A stretch of DNA of 52,626 nucleotides. Source: a virus (Duplodnaviria > Caudoviricetes). The stretch lies in the IMG/VR virus record IMGVR_UViG_3300032332_000345, positions 1 to 52,626 of that record; one strand, 5' to 3'. The notes beneath the pieces are model-generated. The model was not told where the DNA came from. It made no database searches and saw only the letters and a list, made by a program, of their open reading frames with translations. Within the stretch, counting starts at the first letter, position 1. The number at the start of each line of letters is the position of its first letter. Position numbers and translations under genes: made by a program. Below, piece by piece: positions 36,787 to 46,435 of the stretch.

Positions 36787-37047
36787 TTATATATAGTTAG
36801 CTACTCTTGATACAAAGTCTCTCTTAGCTTCATCCAATGCATTTGCATGCACGTCTTCATTACCGTCACCGTATCTAAAGTAATGACCTGCTGTGGTAGA
36901 TGATTGGTCTGTAGTATTAAAGAGCCATGTTACATACTCACCGTGGTAATGAGCCAGCACTACACCATCAACATCATCACACCATAATGATAATACCACT
37001 GCACCATTAGCACACTTACCACCTACTTCTAATTTAAATATAGACAT
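36787..37047 (-). CDS. Hypothetical early protein
   Basis: AAGGAGA RBS before MSIFKL; start trimmed. Confidence 0.65.
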   Translation of the reverse strand: MSIFKLEVGGKCANGAVVLSLWCDDVDGVVLAHYHGEYVTWLFNTTDQSSTTAGHYFRYGDGNEDVHANALDEAKRDFVSRVANYI

Positions 37048-37048
37048 A

Positions 37049-37222
37049 CTATTCTCCTTTATGTTGTTGTTCATTAACAAACTCACCATTTACTTCCCAT
37101 TCAAACTCCATGTCATGCTCACACTTACGATACCCTTTGTTATAACCTATACGATAGAATACCCATGATGCATAACATACAAGTACAATCAATTGAATAA
37201 ACATATAAGTAATATCACTCAT
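37049..37222 (-). CDS. 57-aa membrane protein, first early gene (not in track)
   Basis: AAAGGAGA RBS; MSDITYMFIQLIVLVCYASWVFYRIGY... Confidence 0.6.
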   Translation of the reverse strand: MSDITYMFIQLIVLVCYASWVFYRIGYNKGYRKCEHDMEFEWEVNGEFVNEQQHKGE

Positions 37223-37268
37223 TACATTCTCCTTTAGTTATACCAAACAGATGTTGCTTGGTTGAATA

Positions 37269-37302
37269 CTTTATCTCATAGCTCAGACCATATGTAAAGT
37301 TT
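37269..37302 (-). promoter_or_regulatory. Putative early promoter, copy 2
   Basis: Same 13+N8+13 element as 36340-36373. Confidence 0.6.
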
Positions 37303-37305
37303 ATA

Positions 37306-37415
37306 CCCCCAATACCATACCCATACCCCACCCCCCAAATATAAAGTAGGAGTCCCCATCTCCCCTCCCCTCTTAGACTTACACAAACAACCACTCAATT
37401 TACAAAACACCCCCC
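37306..37415 (-). other. G-tract cluster on the minus strand; candidate terminus/packaging region
   Basis: Eight runs of 3-6 C on the + strand within 110 bp of an AT-rich genome. Confidence 0.45.
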
Positions 37416-37470
37416 GTCACTAATATAACTTGACATATTAAAAAATTATTATAAAAAAATTGGAAAGTTA

Positions 37471-37818
37471 CTAGATTGCTTTAGGATCGAAGTTGTATAA
37501 CTCGGAGTAGACGTTTTTAATACGAAGGAATTTAGGGCCATGCTCATGGAAGTCATCATCACCCCGAACATAGAGAGCTAGGTGAACCATTTCATGCAGG
37601 AGCGTTTGAAAGATAGTAGTGAAATGTCCACAAGCGTTAGAACTAATTTGAATTTCCATCTCATGCTCATCAAAACAACCATATATATTAGGATTCTTAA
37701 TGACTTTGAATTTAACTTTGTGAGACTTAGGCATAGGAAGGGTATTGAAAGGTGCCATCTGGCATGCCATGTTGTAGAGTATCTCTAAGTTCTTCTTAGT
37801 TAACGTAGTTTTTGCCAT
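37471..37818 (-). CDS. SprT-like zinc metallopeptidase
   Basis: TLLHEMVH followed by HGPKF. Confidence 0.8.
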   Translation of the reverse strand: MAKTTLTKKNLEILYNMACQMAPFNTLPMPKSHKVKFKVIKNPNIYGCFDEHEMEIQISSNACGHFTTIFQTLLHEMVHLALYVRGDDDFHEHGPKFLRIKNVYSELYNFDPKAI

Positions 37819-37915
37819 AAAGCACCCCTTAAAAACACATTATACTTAAAAAAGTTGCGACTTAATGACAAAGTAGTATAAAATAGTTGAATTAGCTGCA
37901 AAATTAATATCATAG

Positions 37916-38539
37916 GTGACACAGCAACCCATGCAAACACAAGAAATCCAGCAAAATCAAGCATTTAACGAGTCTGACGTCGTTATTGTACCCCCACTAG
38001 AAGAAAATATCCCTATTCCTAAGAACGTTAGAGAAGCTTTACCTGATTTATCTAACCAAGAAGAGCTAGAAATGATGGCAAACACCATAAAACTCATAGC
38101 TGACCTCAACGGAGAAGACATAAATCCTACAATAGAAGACATAGATGAGGCAAAAACGATAGCTAAACAGATGATTGAGCACCCTGAAACTAAAATTCAA
38201 CTAAGAAAATACAAAAATAATACTTTAGCATCATTAGCAGGTATGGTAGCAGAGCTAGATTCAAGTGTAGTAGATGACTTAAAAGACTTAAAAACGTTTG
38301 TAATCAACGGACTTATTAAGGAAGCCACCATGTCAGACAAATCTAAAGAACGAATTACAGCACTACGTGCAATTGGGGAGGTAGATGGGGTCGATGCATT
38401 TAAAAAACATACTGAAGTGGTTCATAAAAATATGTCGATGGATGATATAGAAGGTAGATTAAAGACACTTGTAAATAAACTCCAGAAACGATTAGATGAA
38501 AAAGTTGTCCAGGGTGAGACTGTAAATAATGGTGAGTAA
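37916..38539 (+). CDS. Putative terminase small subunit
   Basis: Directly upstream of and overlapping TerL; helical; RITALRAIGE pattern. Confidence 0.55.
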   Translation: MTQQPMQTQEIQQNQAFNESDVVIVPPLEENIPIPKNVREALPDLSNQEELEMMANTIKLIADLNGEDINPTIEDIDEAKTIAKQMIEHPETKIQLRKYKNNTLASLAGMVAELDSSVVDDLKDLKTFVINGLIKEATMSDKSKERITALRAIGEVDGVDAFKKHTEVVHKNMSMDDIEGRLKTLVNKLQKRLDEKVVQGETVNNGE

Positions 38540-40109
38540 TGCACAAAAAAAGTTAACACCTGAAGAAGAGAAGAAAGAACAAGAAAAAAGAATACTGTCG
38601 CTGATTAACTTTCTATCGGCTCACAAACAGCTTTTAGAAAAAGAAGAAGCTGAACTAGTCGACGTGCTGGTGGAGGCTACGAGTGGTAGGATAGTACAAG
38701 ATGTAGGTAGTACAAGCTTTCTAGAATTTATACAACACGTATATCCAGGTTATATGGTAGGAGCGCATCATGCAAGGTTGGCTAAGATATTTGAAGACAT
38801 TGCCGCCGGCAAAAAGAAAAGAGTTATTGTTAATATTGCGCCACGACATGGGAAGTCTGAACTTATCTCATATCTCGCACCTGCTTGGTTTTTGGGAAAG
38901 TTTCCTCATAAGAAAGTTATTATGGCGTCTCATACCGCTGATCTTGCTGTTGGGTTTGGTAGGCGGGTTCGTAACTTGGTGGGTAGTGATGCTTATAAAG
39001 ATATATTCCCAGCAGTAGAATTACAAGCAGACTCGAAGAGCGCATCACGATGGGGGACAAATTTTAATGGAGAGTATTTTGCTATTGGTGTGGGCGGTGC
39101 CCTCGCTGGTCGCGGGGCTGATCTTTTTATCATTGATGACCCACACTCTGAACAGGATGCTAAGCTTGGACGAGCTGATGTTTTTCTCCCTGCTTGGGAG
39201 TGGTTTCAGTCTGGTCCACTACAGCGTCTTATGCCGGGCGGTGCGATTATTGTAGTGATGACAAGATGGTCTAAGTTAGATTTGACAGGTCAGATTGTGA
39301 ACCAGATGGTTAAGAACGATGAAGTAGATCAGTGGGAAGTGGTAGAATTTCCAGCTATCATACAAGATAAAGAAGGCATTGAGAAACCATTATGGCCTGA
39401 GTTCTGGAGTTTAGAAGAATTATTAAGTAAGAAAGCAGCGTTAGATGTACGATACTGGAACTCACAATATTTACAAAATCCTGTATCAGAAGAAGGTGCA
39501 TTAATAAAAAGAGAGTGGTGGAATATATGGGAAGAAGAAGATCCACCCGATTGTGAATTTACAATTATGAGTTTAGATGCTGCCCAGGAGGCAAATAATA
39601 GAGCGGACTATAACGCGCTCACCACTTGGGGCGTCTTTTTTAACGAAGAAACGAATAACTATAATATAATACTGTTAAACTCAATTAAGCAACGACTAGA
39701 GTTTCCTGAGCTCAAAGAACTTTGTATACAAGAGTACAAAGATTGGGAACCTGATTCATTTTTAGTTGAAAAGAAATCTAATGGTGCAGCCTTATATCAA
39801 GAGTTTAGACGTATGGGTATACCGGTAGGTGAATTTACACCAGGTAAAGGCCAAGATAAGATTAGTCGAGTCAATGCAGTATCTGATTTATTTAGAAGTG
39901 GTATTGTGTGGGCACCTGATAGACGATGGGCTAAAGAAGTCATAGAAGAATGTAATGATTTTCCGAGTGGTGCCAACGATGACTTGGTGGATAGTACAAC
40001 ATTAGCATTAATAAGATTTAGACAGGGTGGATTTATTAAACTACCTAGCGATGAAGCAGATGAAATTAAAACATTTAAAAGTTCTAGGAATAGATTGTAC
40101 TCAATATAA
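38529..40109 (+). CDS. terL: Terminase large subunit
   Basis: APRHGKS Walker A, IIDDP Walker B, MTRW motif III, nuclease acidic residues (SLD, VE, DDLVD). Confidence 0.96.
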   Translation: MVSNAQKKLTPEEEKKEQEKRILSLINFLSAHKQLLEKEEAELVDVLVEATSGRIVQDVGSTSFLEFIQHVYPGYMVGAHHARLAKIFEDIAAGKKKRVIVNIAPRHGKSELISYLAPAWFLGKFPHKKVIMASHTADLAVGFGRRVRNLVGSDAYKDIFPAVELQADSKSASRWGTNFNGEYFAIGVGGALAGRGADLFIIDDPHSEQDAKLGRADVFLPAWEWFQSGPLQRLMPGGAIIVVMTRWSKLDLTGQIVNQMVKNDEVDQWEVVEFPAIIQDKEGIEKPLWPEFWSLEELLSKKAALDVRYWNSQYLQNPVSEEGALIKREWWNIWEEEDPPDCEFTIMSLDAAQEANNRADYNALTTWGVFFNEETNNYNIILLNSIKQRLEFPELKELCIQEYKDWEPDSFLVEKKSNGAALYQEFRRMGIPVGEFTPGKGQDKISRVNAVSDLFRSGIVWAPDRRWAKEVIEECNDFPSGANDDLVDSTTLALIRFRQGGFIKLPSDEADEIKTFKSSRNRLYSI

Positions 40110-40119
40110 GGATTAAATT

Positions 40120-42621
40120 ATGGCAACTAATATAGATAAAAGTGTATACCAAGCTCCGATGGGATTAGATCAAGATCCACAAAATCCAGAAACGACGGCG
40201 TTAAGTATTCAAATTGAAAATCCAGATTCAGTAACACTTGATGACGGCAGTATGGAGATTACTATCATACCTGGTAAAGATGATGCTAATGATGAGTTTA
40301 ATGCTAACTTAGCAGAAGAGATGAACGAAGGTGAGTTAACTGAGTTGTCAGGTGATTTGCTTGGTGAGTTTGATGCTGATATTAATTCAAGAAAAGATTG
40401 GTTAACGACTTATGTAGATGGCTTAGAGTTACTAGGTCTTAAAGTAGAAGATAGAACAGAACCATGGCCAGGTGCTTGTAATGTATATCACCCTCTTATG
40501 ACAGAAGCGCTTGTGAAGTTCCAAGCTGAAACGATGATGGAAACATTTCCCGCCGCAGGTCCAGTTAAAACTGTAATCATTGGCAAACAAACAAAAGAAA
40601 AAGAAGATGCTGCTGAACGTGTAAAAGATGATATGAACTATCAGCTCACGGACATGATGCCTGAATATAGACCTGAACACGAACGCATGCTATGGGGTCT
40701 TGGTTTATCAGGTAATGCATTTAAGAAAGTTTATTATGATCCATCGTTAGAGCGTCAAGTAGCGATGTATGTTCCAGCTGAAGATATTGTAGTTCCATAT
40801 GGCGCTTCTAATTTAGAAACAGCTGAGCGTGTGACTCATGTGATGCGTAAGACTAAGAATGAATTACATAAACTACAAGTAGCAGGTTTTTATCGTGATG
40901 TAGATTTAGGTGAACCATATTTAGATATTGATGAAGCTGAGAAAAAGATTGCAGAGAAACTAGGATTTAATCCGTCAGAAGATGATAGATTTAAGATTCT
41001 TGAAATACATGTTAATTTAGATTTAGAAAATGGTGATAGTGAAGACGGTATTGCGCTACCTTATGTAGTAACCATTGAAAAAGGCACAGCGACTATTTTA
41101 TCTATTCGTCGTAATTGGAATCCAGATGATAAGTTAAAAGCTAAGCGCCAACACTTTGTACACTACGGTTATATTCCAGGCTTTGGATTTTATTGCTTTG
41201 GTTTGATTCATTTAATTGGCGCATTTGCTAAATCAGGTACGATGATTCTTCGTCAGTTAGTTGATGCAGGTACTTTATCGAATCTCCCAGGAGGTCTCAA
41301 GTCTCGTGGGCTACGCATTAAAGGCGATGATACTCCAATTGCTCCAGGTGAATTTAGAGATGTAGATGTACCAAGTGGTGCTATTCGTGACAACATTTTA
41401 ATGCTGCCTTACAAAGAACCTTCACAAGTATTACAAAGTTTAATGAATGGTATTATTGATGAAGGACGACGTTTCGCTTCAGCTGCAGATATGAAAGTGT
41501 CTGACATGAGTGCTAACTCTCCAGTAGGTACAACCCTTGCTATATTAGAAAGAACATTGAAAGTAATGTCAGCTGTACAAGCTCGTATTTACTATGCGAT
41601 GAAGCAAGAGTTTAAATTACTTAAAGGCATTATTCGTGACTACACACCAGAAGAGTATTCTTATGATCCTGAAGTAGGTGATCGCCGTGCTAAGCAAGCT
41701 GATTATGATAATGTAGATGTCATTCCAGTGAGTGATCCTAATGCTGCAACGATGTCACAGAAAGTAGTTCAGTATCAAGCTGTGATGCAAATGGCTCAAT
41801 CTAATCCACAAATCTATGACCAAGTAGAACTTAATAAACAAATGTTAGAAGTACTTGGTGTTAAGAATATTAGCAAACTTATCCCATCATCTGATGACCA
41901 GAAACCAAAAGATCCTGTATCTGAAAATATGAATATTATTAATGGTAAACCTGTTAAAGCATTTATTTATCAAGACCATCAAGCACATATTGCAGTCCAT
42001 ATGACAGCCATGCAAGATCCTAAGATTCTACAAATGGTAGGACAGAACCCTCAAGCAAATGCAATTCAAGCAGCAGCTATGTCGCACATTAATGAGCATG
42101 TAGCATTTGAATATAGAAAACAACTTGAAGAACAATTAGGCGTCCCACTACCTAAAGCTGATGAAACATTACCAGAAGATGTAGAGTTTGAACTATCTAA
42201 ACTTATGGCTGAAGCCGCCAAGAAACTTTCTGCTAAGTCTGCTTCTGAAGCACAACAACAGCAAGCTCAACAACAGCAACAAGATCCAATCATTCAAATG
42301 CAACAACAAGAGTTACAGTTAAAAGCTCAAGATTTACAAATCAAACAGCAAAAAACTCAAGCAGATATTCAAGCCGATCAAGCTAGACTTGAACTTGATA
42401 AGATGCGTATTGAATCTCAAGAACGTATTGCTGGTGCTCAGTTAGGCGCTAGTGCAATGATGGATAATAAACAGTTGGTAGCTAAACAGTTATTAGAAGG
42501 TACAAAAATTGGTGTAGAAGCAGTTAGAGCTAGTAATCAATTAGATCAACAAAAAGAACAATCTAAAAGACAACAAGATATACAAATGCAACAAATGAAT
42601 AAACAACAACCAAAGGAGTAG
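40120..42621 (+). CDS. Portal protein with long Gln-rich C-terminal coiled coil
   Basis: Follows terL; GNAFKKVYYD and FYCFGL motifs; coiled-coil tail like the P22 portal barrel. Confidence 0.88.
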   Translation: MATNIDKSVYQAPMGLDQDPQNPETTALSIQIENPDSVTLDDGSMEITIIPGKDDANDEFNANLAEEMNEGELTELSGDLLGEFDADINSRKDWLTTYVDGLELLGLKVEDRTEPWPGACNVYHPLMTEALVKFQAETMMETFPAAGPVKTVIIGKQTKEKEDAAERVKDDMNYQLTDMMPEYRPEHERMLWGLGLSGNAFKKVYYDPSLERQVAMYVPAEDIVVPYGASNLETAERVTHVMRKTKNELHKLQVAGFYRDVDLGEPYLDIDEAEKKIAEKLGFNPSEDDRFKILEIHVNLDLENGDSEDGIALPYVVTIEKGTATILSIRRNWNPDDKLKAKRQHFVHYGYIPGFGFYCFGLIHLIGAFAKSGTMILRQLVDAGTLSNLPGGLKSRGLRIKGDDTPIAPGEFRDVDVPSGAIRDNILMLPYKEPSQVLQSLMNGIIDEGRRFASAADMKVSDMSANSPVGTTLAILERTLKVMSAVQARIYYAMKQEFKLLKGIIRDYTPEEYSYDPEVGDRRAKQADYDNVDVIPVSDPNAATMSQKVVQYQAVMQMAQSNPQIYDQVELNKQMLEVLGVKNISKLIPSSDDQKPKDPVSENMNIINGKPVKAFIYQDHQAHIAVHMTAMQDPKILQMVGQNPQANAIQAAAMSHINEHVAFEYRKQLEEQLGVPLPKADETLPEDVEFELSKLMAEAAKKLSAKSASEAQQQQAQQQQQDPIIQMQQQELQLKAQDLQIKQQKTQADIQADQARLELDKMRIESQERIAGAQLGASAMMDNKQLVAKQLLEGTKIGVEAVRASNQLDQQKEQSKRQQDIQMQQMNKQQPKE

Positions 42622-42624
42622 TAA

Positions 42625-42819
42625 ATGATAGACCCAACGTTAGAGCTATTAATCAACAAAATAGCTGAAAGACGCAAAGATGTATTAAATTCAATTGCTG
42701 AAGGTTCTGCGAAAGATTATGCGCATTACCAATCTGCTGTTGGATATATACGAGCTTGCGATACTATACAAGGCATTATTGCTGACATCGTAGACAGGAT
42801 GGAGAACTCGGATGAGTGA
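42625..42819 (+). CDS. Small hypothetical head-module protein
   Basis: AAGGAG RBS; DYAHYQSAVG. Confidence 0.65.
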   Translation: MIDPTLELLINKIAERRKDVLNSIAEGSAKDYAHYQSAVGYIRACDTIQGIIADIVDRMENSDE

Positions 42820-43258
42820 TCAGATTCTAACCATGAATAAAAATTTGTTAGATGCAAATGGTCGACCGATTGTTATTCCAACGTTAAACGCAGTAGAAGC
42901 AGAAGACATACCGATAGAAGAAAGAGGTTTACAGTTACCTGAACCTAAAGGATATAAAATACTTTGTGCAATTCCCGATGCAGCAGAAACATATAAAGGG
43001 GGTATTGTAAAAGCAGATTCAACTAGAACTATAGAAGAGCATTCAACTGTAGTTTTATTTGTAGTAAAAGTAGGTGACTTAGCTTATAAGGATGAGGCTA
43101 GATTTCCTACAGGTCCATGGTGTAAAGAAGGTGATTTTGTTTTAACGCGCGCATACGCGGGCACTAGATTTAAAATTCACGGAAGAGAGTTCCGCATTAT
43201 TAACGACGATACAGTTGAGGGGGTTGTTGCTGATCCTCGCGGCTACACTCGCGCATAA
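42812..43258 (+). CDS. groES: GroES-like co-chaperonin (Cpn10)
   Basis: P.GYKIL, KGGIV mobile loop, VVKVG, KEGDFVL, YAGT and FRIINDDTVEGVV. Confidence 0.85.
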   Translation: MSDQILTMNKNLLDANGRPIVIPTLNAVEAEDIPIEERGLQLPEPKGYKILCAIPDAAETYKGGIVKADSTRTIEEHSTVVLFVVKVGDLAYKDEARFPTGPWCKEGDFVLTRAYAGTRFKIHGREFRIINDDTVEGVVADPRGYTRA

Positions 43259-43268
43259 GGAGTAATAT

Positions 43269-44291
43269 ATGGCTGATGTAAAAGATGGAGATATTGTTTT
43301 TGAATATCCAGATGATGATGAAGTAACAGGGAATAAACTACCTGATGAAAAAGAAATAAAGACTAAACAAGAAAAAACTGAGGTTAAAGTAGAAACAAAA
43401 GCAGATGATATTGATCTTGAAATTGAAGACGACACGCCCCCTGCAGATAAAAATAAAGAACCTTTACCTAAAGAAATTGTACAAGAATTAGAAAATGATA
43501 ATTTAGAAGACTATTCTGAACGTGTTAAACAACGTATGGCGCAACTTAAAAAAGCTTACCATGACGAAAGACGTAATAAAGAAGAAGCAGATCGTGAACG
43601 TCAAGAAGCTATTAGATACGCACAACAAATTAACAACGAAAATAAGAAGTTAAAGACTACTTTAGAGTCAGGAGAATCAACTTATATTGAGACTCTTAAA
43701 AATGCGCTTGAAAGTGAACTCTCTTTAGCTAAAGAATCTTACCGTAAAGCCTATGATACTGGCGAAACAGATAGTATAATTGATGCACAACAAAAGATGA
43801 ATGATGCTCAGTTTAGACTGTCACAAGCTAGACAATATGAGCCTAGATTTAAAAATGCTTTACAGGAACCTGAAAATCCTGTATATATACAACAAAATGA
43901 ACAACGTTCGTTTAAACCCGACAATAAAGCCGCAGCTTGGCAAGAAAAGAACGACTGGTTTGGTAAAGACGAAGAAATGACAAGCCTTGCATTAGGCGTA
44001 CATGAAAAATTAGTTAGAAGTGGGATCAGTCCTACCTCTGACGAATATTACCGTCGTATTGATAGTACGATGCAGAAACGATTCCCAGAAAACTTTGGGG
44101 ATGCAACGCTAGACGAGGAAAAACCCGCCGAGCGCACAAAACCTTCGACTGTAGTTGCTCCGGCAACGCGTAGTACCGCGCCTAAAAAAGTACGATTGAC
44201 GAAGACACAAGTAGCGTTAGCCAAGAAATTTGGGTTAACACCGGAACAATATGCAAGAGAAACTTTAAAATTGGAGAATGCAAATGGATAA
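43269..44291 (+). CDS. Putative capsid scaffolding protein
   Basis: Acidic N-terminus, coiled coil, NDWFG, C-terminal AKKFGLTPEQYA; upstream of the capsid gene. Confidence 0.7.
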   Translation: MADVKDGDIVFEYPDDDEVTGNKLPDEKEIKTKQEKTEVKVETKADDIDLEIEDDTPPADKNKEPLPKEIVQELENDNLEDYSERVKQRMAQLKKAYHDERRNKEEADRERQEAIRYAQQINNENKKLKTTLESGESTYIETLKNALESELSLAKESYRKAYDTGETDSIIDAQQKMNDAQFRLSQARQYEPRFKNALQEPENPVYIQQNEQRSFKPDNKAAAWQEKNDWFGKDEEMTSLALGVHEKLVRSGISPTSDEYYRRIDSTMQKRFPENFGDATLDEEKPAERTKPSTVVAPATRSTAPKKVRLTKTQVALAKKFGLTPEQYARETLKLENANG

Positions 44292-44736
44292 TACAAACAG
44301 ACAAGATCGTGAAATAGATACAAGAGAAGAATTTCAACGTGCAGACAGCTGGAAACCTGCCTCCCTATTACCTGAATTTAAAAAGGTACCTGGTTGGGCA
44401 TACCGTTGGATCAGAACTAGTCTATTAAACGAAGCTGATAATCTAAATGTTTCTTCAAAAATGCGTGAAGGATGGGAGCCCGTTAAATTAGCGGACCACC
44501 CTGAAATGAGAATAATGGTTGACCAAAATGCTCGGTTTAAAGACGGAGTTGAAATTGGTGGACTATTATTATGTAAAATTCCAGAAGAGTTTGTTGCACA
44601 ACGTAAGGCACACTATGAAAACATAGCGAAACAACAAGCCGAAGCAGTTGATAACAGCTTTATGAAACAGAATGATGCTCGTATGCCTCTTTTTTCAGAG
44701 AAGAAAGCTACATCGTCATTCGGTAAAGGTAAATAA
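44278..44736 (+). CDS. Hypothetical head-module protein
   Basis: YRWIR...EGWEPV...GGLLLCKIP. Confidence 0.65.
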   Translation: MQMDNTNRQDREIDTREEFQRADSWKPASLLPEFKKVPGWAYRWIRTSLLNEADNLNVSSKMREGWEPVKLADHPEMRIMVDQNARFKDGVEIGGLLLCKIPEEFVAQRKAHYENIAKQQAEAVDNSFMKQNDARMPLFSEKKATSSFGKGK

Positions 44737-44753
44737 CACAAAGGAGACATATT

Positions 44754-45359
44754 ATGTCAGCAACAGCAACCCCGTACGGCTTTAAACCCGTAAATGAAAT
44801 TGGCGGTCTACCATATGCTGGTAGTACACGTCAGATCAAGATTGCTTCCGGCTACGCTTCAAATATATACTACGGTTCAGTAGTTTCTATTGTAGCTGCA
44901 GGTACAATCCAAGTAGTAACAACGAATGGTGATAACTCAACACCGTTCCCAGCAGGCACAATCGGTGTTTTTGTAGGTTGCACTTACACAAACCCATCAA
45001 CTAAGCAATTAACATTTGCACAATACTGGCCAACTGGTACAGTAGCGTCAGATGCTATGGCTTACGTTGTAGACGATTACAATACATTATTCCAAGTTCA
45101 AGCTGACGGCTCATTAGCTCAATCTGCACTTGGCTCTAATGCTATTTTAGCAGCAGTTCAATCAACATCTACAGGTTCAACAACTACAGGTAATTCAAAC
45201 ACAGCAATTAGCACTTCAGTGGCTACTACTTCTGGTTATGCGTTCCGTATTGTAGATTTCGTTGAGAGTACAACATCAACAGTGGGTGATGCATATACTG
45301 ACGTCTTGGTTAAATTTAATCCAGTCGCTCATTCATATAACAACCCAACTGGTATCTAA
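44754..45359 (+). CDS. Putative capsid decoration/cement protein
   Basis: Beta-rich, Thr/Gly/Ala-rich; AAGGAGA RBS; immediately before the capsid gene. Confidence 0.55.
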   Translation: MSATATPYGFKPVNEIGGLPYAGSTRQIKIASGYASNIYYGSVVSIVAAGTIQVVTTNGDNSTPFPAGTIGVFVGCTYTNPSTKQLTFAQYWPTGTVASDAMAYVVDDYNTLFQVQADGSLAQSALGSNAILAAVQSTSTGSTTTGNSNTAISTSVATTSGYAFRIVDFVESTTSTVGDAYTDVLVKFNPVAHSYNNPTGI

Positions 45360-45371
45360 GGAGAATAAAAC

Positions 45372-46286
45372 ATGGCTATTTCACGCGCACAGCTCCTTAA
45401 AGAGCTCTTACCAGGACTAAATGCACTATTTGGTTTAGAATATAAACGTTACGGCGAAGAACATAAAGAAATCTACGAAACAGAGACTTCAGAACGTTCA
45501 TTCGAAGAAGAAACAAAACTTTCAGGCTTTGCGGCAGCACCTGTTAAAAACGAAGGCAATGCTATCGCTTACGACAATGCTCAAGAAGCTTTTACTGCTC
45601 GATACAATCACCAAACTATTGCTCTTGGCTTTTCTTTAACAGAAGAAGCTGTAGAAGATAACTTGTATGATACATTATCAGCACGTTACACAAAGGCTTT
45701 AGCTCGCGCTATGGCTTACACAAAACAAGTTAAGGCTGCTGCAGTTCTTAATAATGGTTTTACTAACTCTGCTGCTTATTACGGCGGTGATGGTGTTCCA
45801 TTGTTCTCTACTTCACACCCAACTGTTGCAGGCGGTACAAACAGCAACACTCAATCAACTGCAACAGACTTGAACGAAACAGCACTAGAAAACGCTGTTA
45901 TTCAAATCGCTGCATGGACAGATGAGCGTGGCCTTTTAATCGCTGCTCAACCACGTAAGTTAGTAGTTCCACCAGGTAATCAATTCGTTGCAACTCGTTT
46001 GCTCGAAACTGAACTTCGTGTTTCTACAGCTGACAATGATATCAATGCTATTAAGAATAATGGTTCAATTCCAGAAGGTTACACAGTTAACCACTTCTTA
46101 ACAGACAGCGATGCATACTTCTTAACAACTGATGTACCTAACGGCATGAAACACTTTGTGCGTACTCCGTTATCAACATCTATGGATGGCGATTTTGACA
46201 CAGGCAATGTTAGATACAAAGCTCGTGAGCGTTATTCATTCGGTTGGTCTGATCCTCTCGGTATGTGGGGTTCACCAGGCGCTTAA
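45372..46286 (+). CDS. Major capsid protein (HK97 fold)
   Basis: 304 aa; strong RBS and biased codons; GGDGVPLFSTSHP and PRKLVVPP motifs; followed by a terminator. Confidence 0.9.
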   Translation: MAISRAQLLKELLPGLNALFGLEYKRYGEEHKEIYETETSERSFEEETKLSGFAAAPVKNEGNAIAYDNAQEAFTARYNHQTIALGFSLTEEAVEDNLYDTLSARYTKALARAMAYTKQVKAAAVLNNGFTNSAAYYGGDGVPLFSTSHPTVAGGTNSNTQSTATDLNETALENAVIQIAAWTDERGLLIAAQPRKLVVPPGNQFVATRLLETELRVSTADNDINAIKNNGSIPEGYTVNHFLTDSDAYFLTTDVPNGMKHFVRTPLSTSMDGDFDTGNVRYKARERYSFGWSDPLGMWGSPGA

Positions 46287-46313
46287 TTGCGGTTGGAAAA
46301 AATGTACTAAGTT

Positions 46314-46341
46314 AAACCCTGCTTCGGTGGGGTTTTTCTTT
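46314..46341 (+). terminator. Rho-independent terminator after the capsid gene
   Basis: AAACCCTGC-TTCG-GTGGGGTTT-TTCTTT. Confidence 0.85.
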
Positions 46342-46435
46342 GCCTGTAATTCATGGTTTTCTTGATGCGTACGATAAAGCGTACGATACATAATACGGTT
46401 ATACACACGGTGTGTATTAATTTTAGGAGATTATT

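Noticed and set aside
42250-42320. CAA/CAG repeats in the portal gene as a variable tandem repeat
   Set aside because: They simply encode the Gln-rich coiled coil
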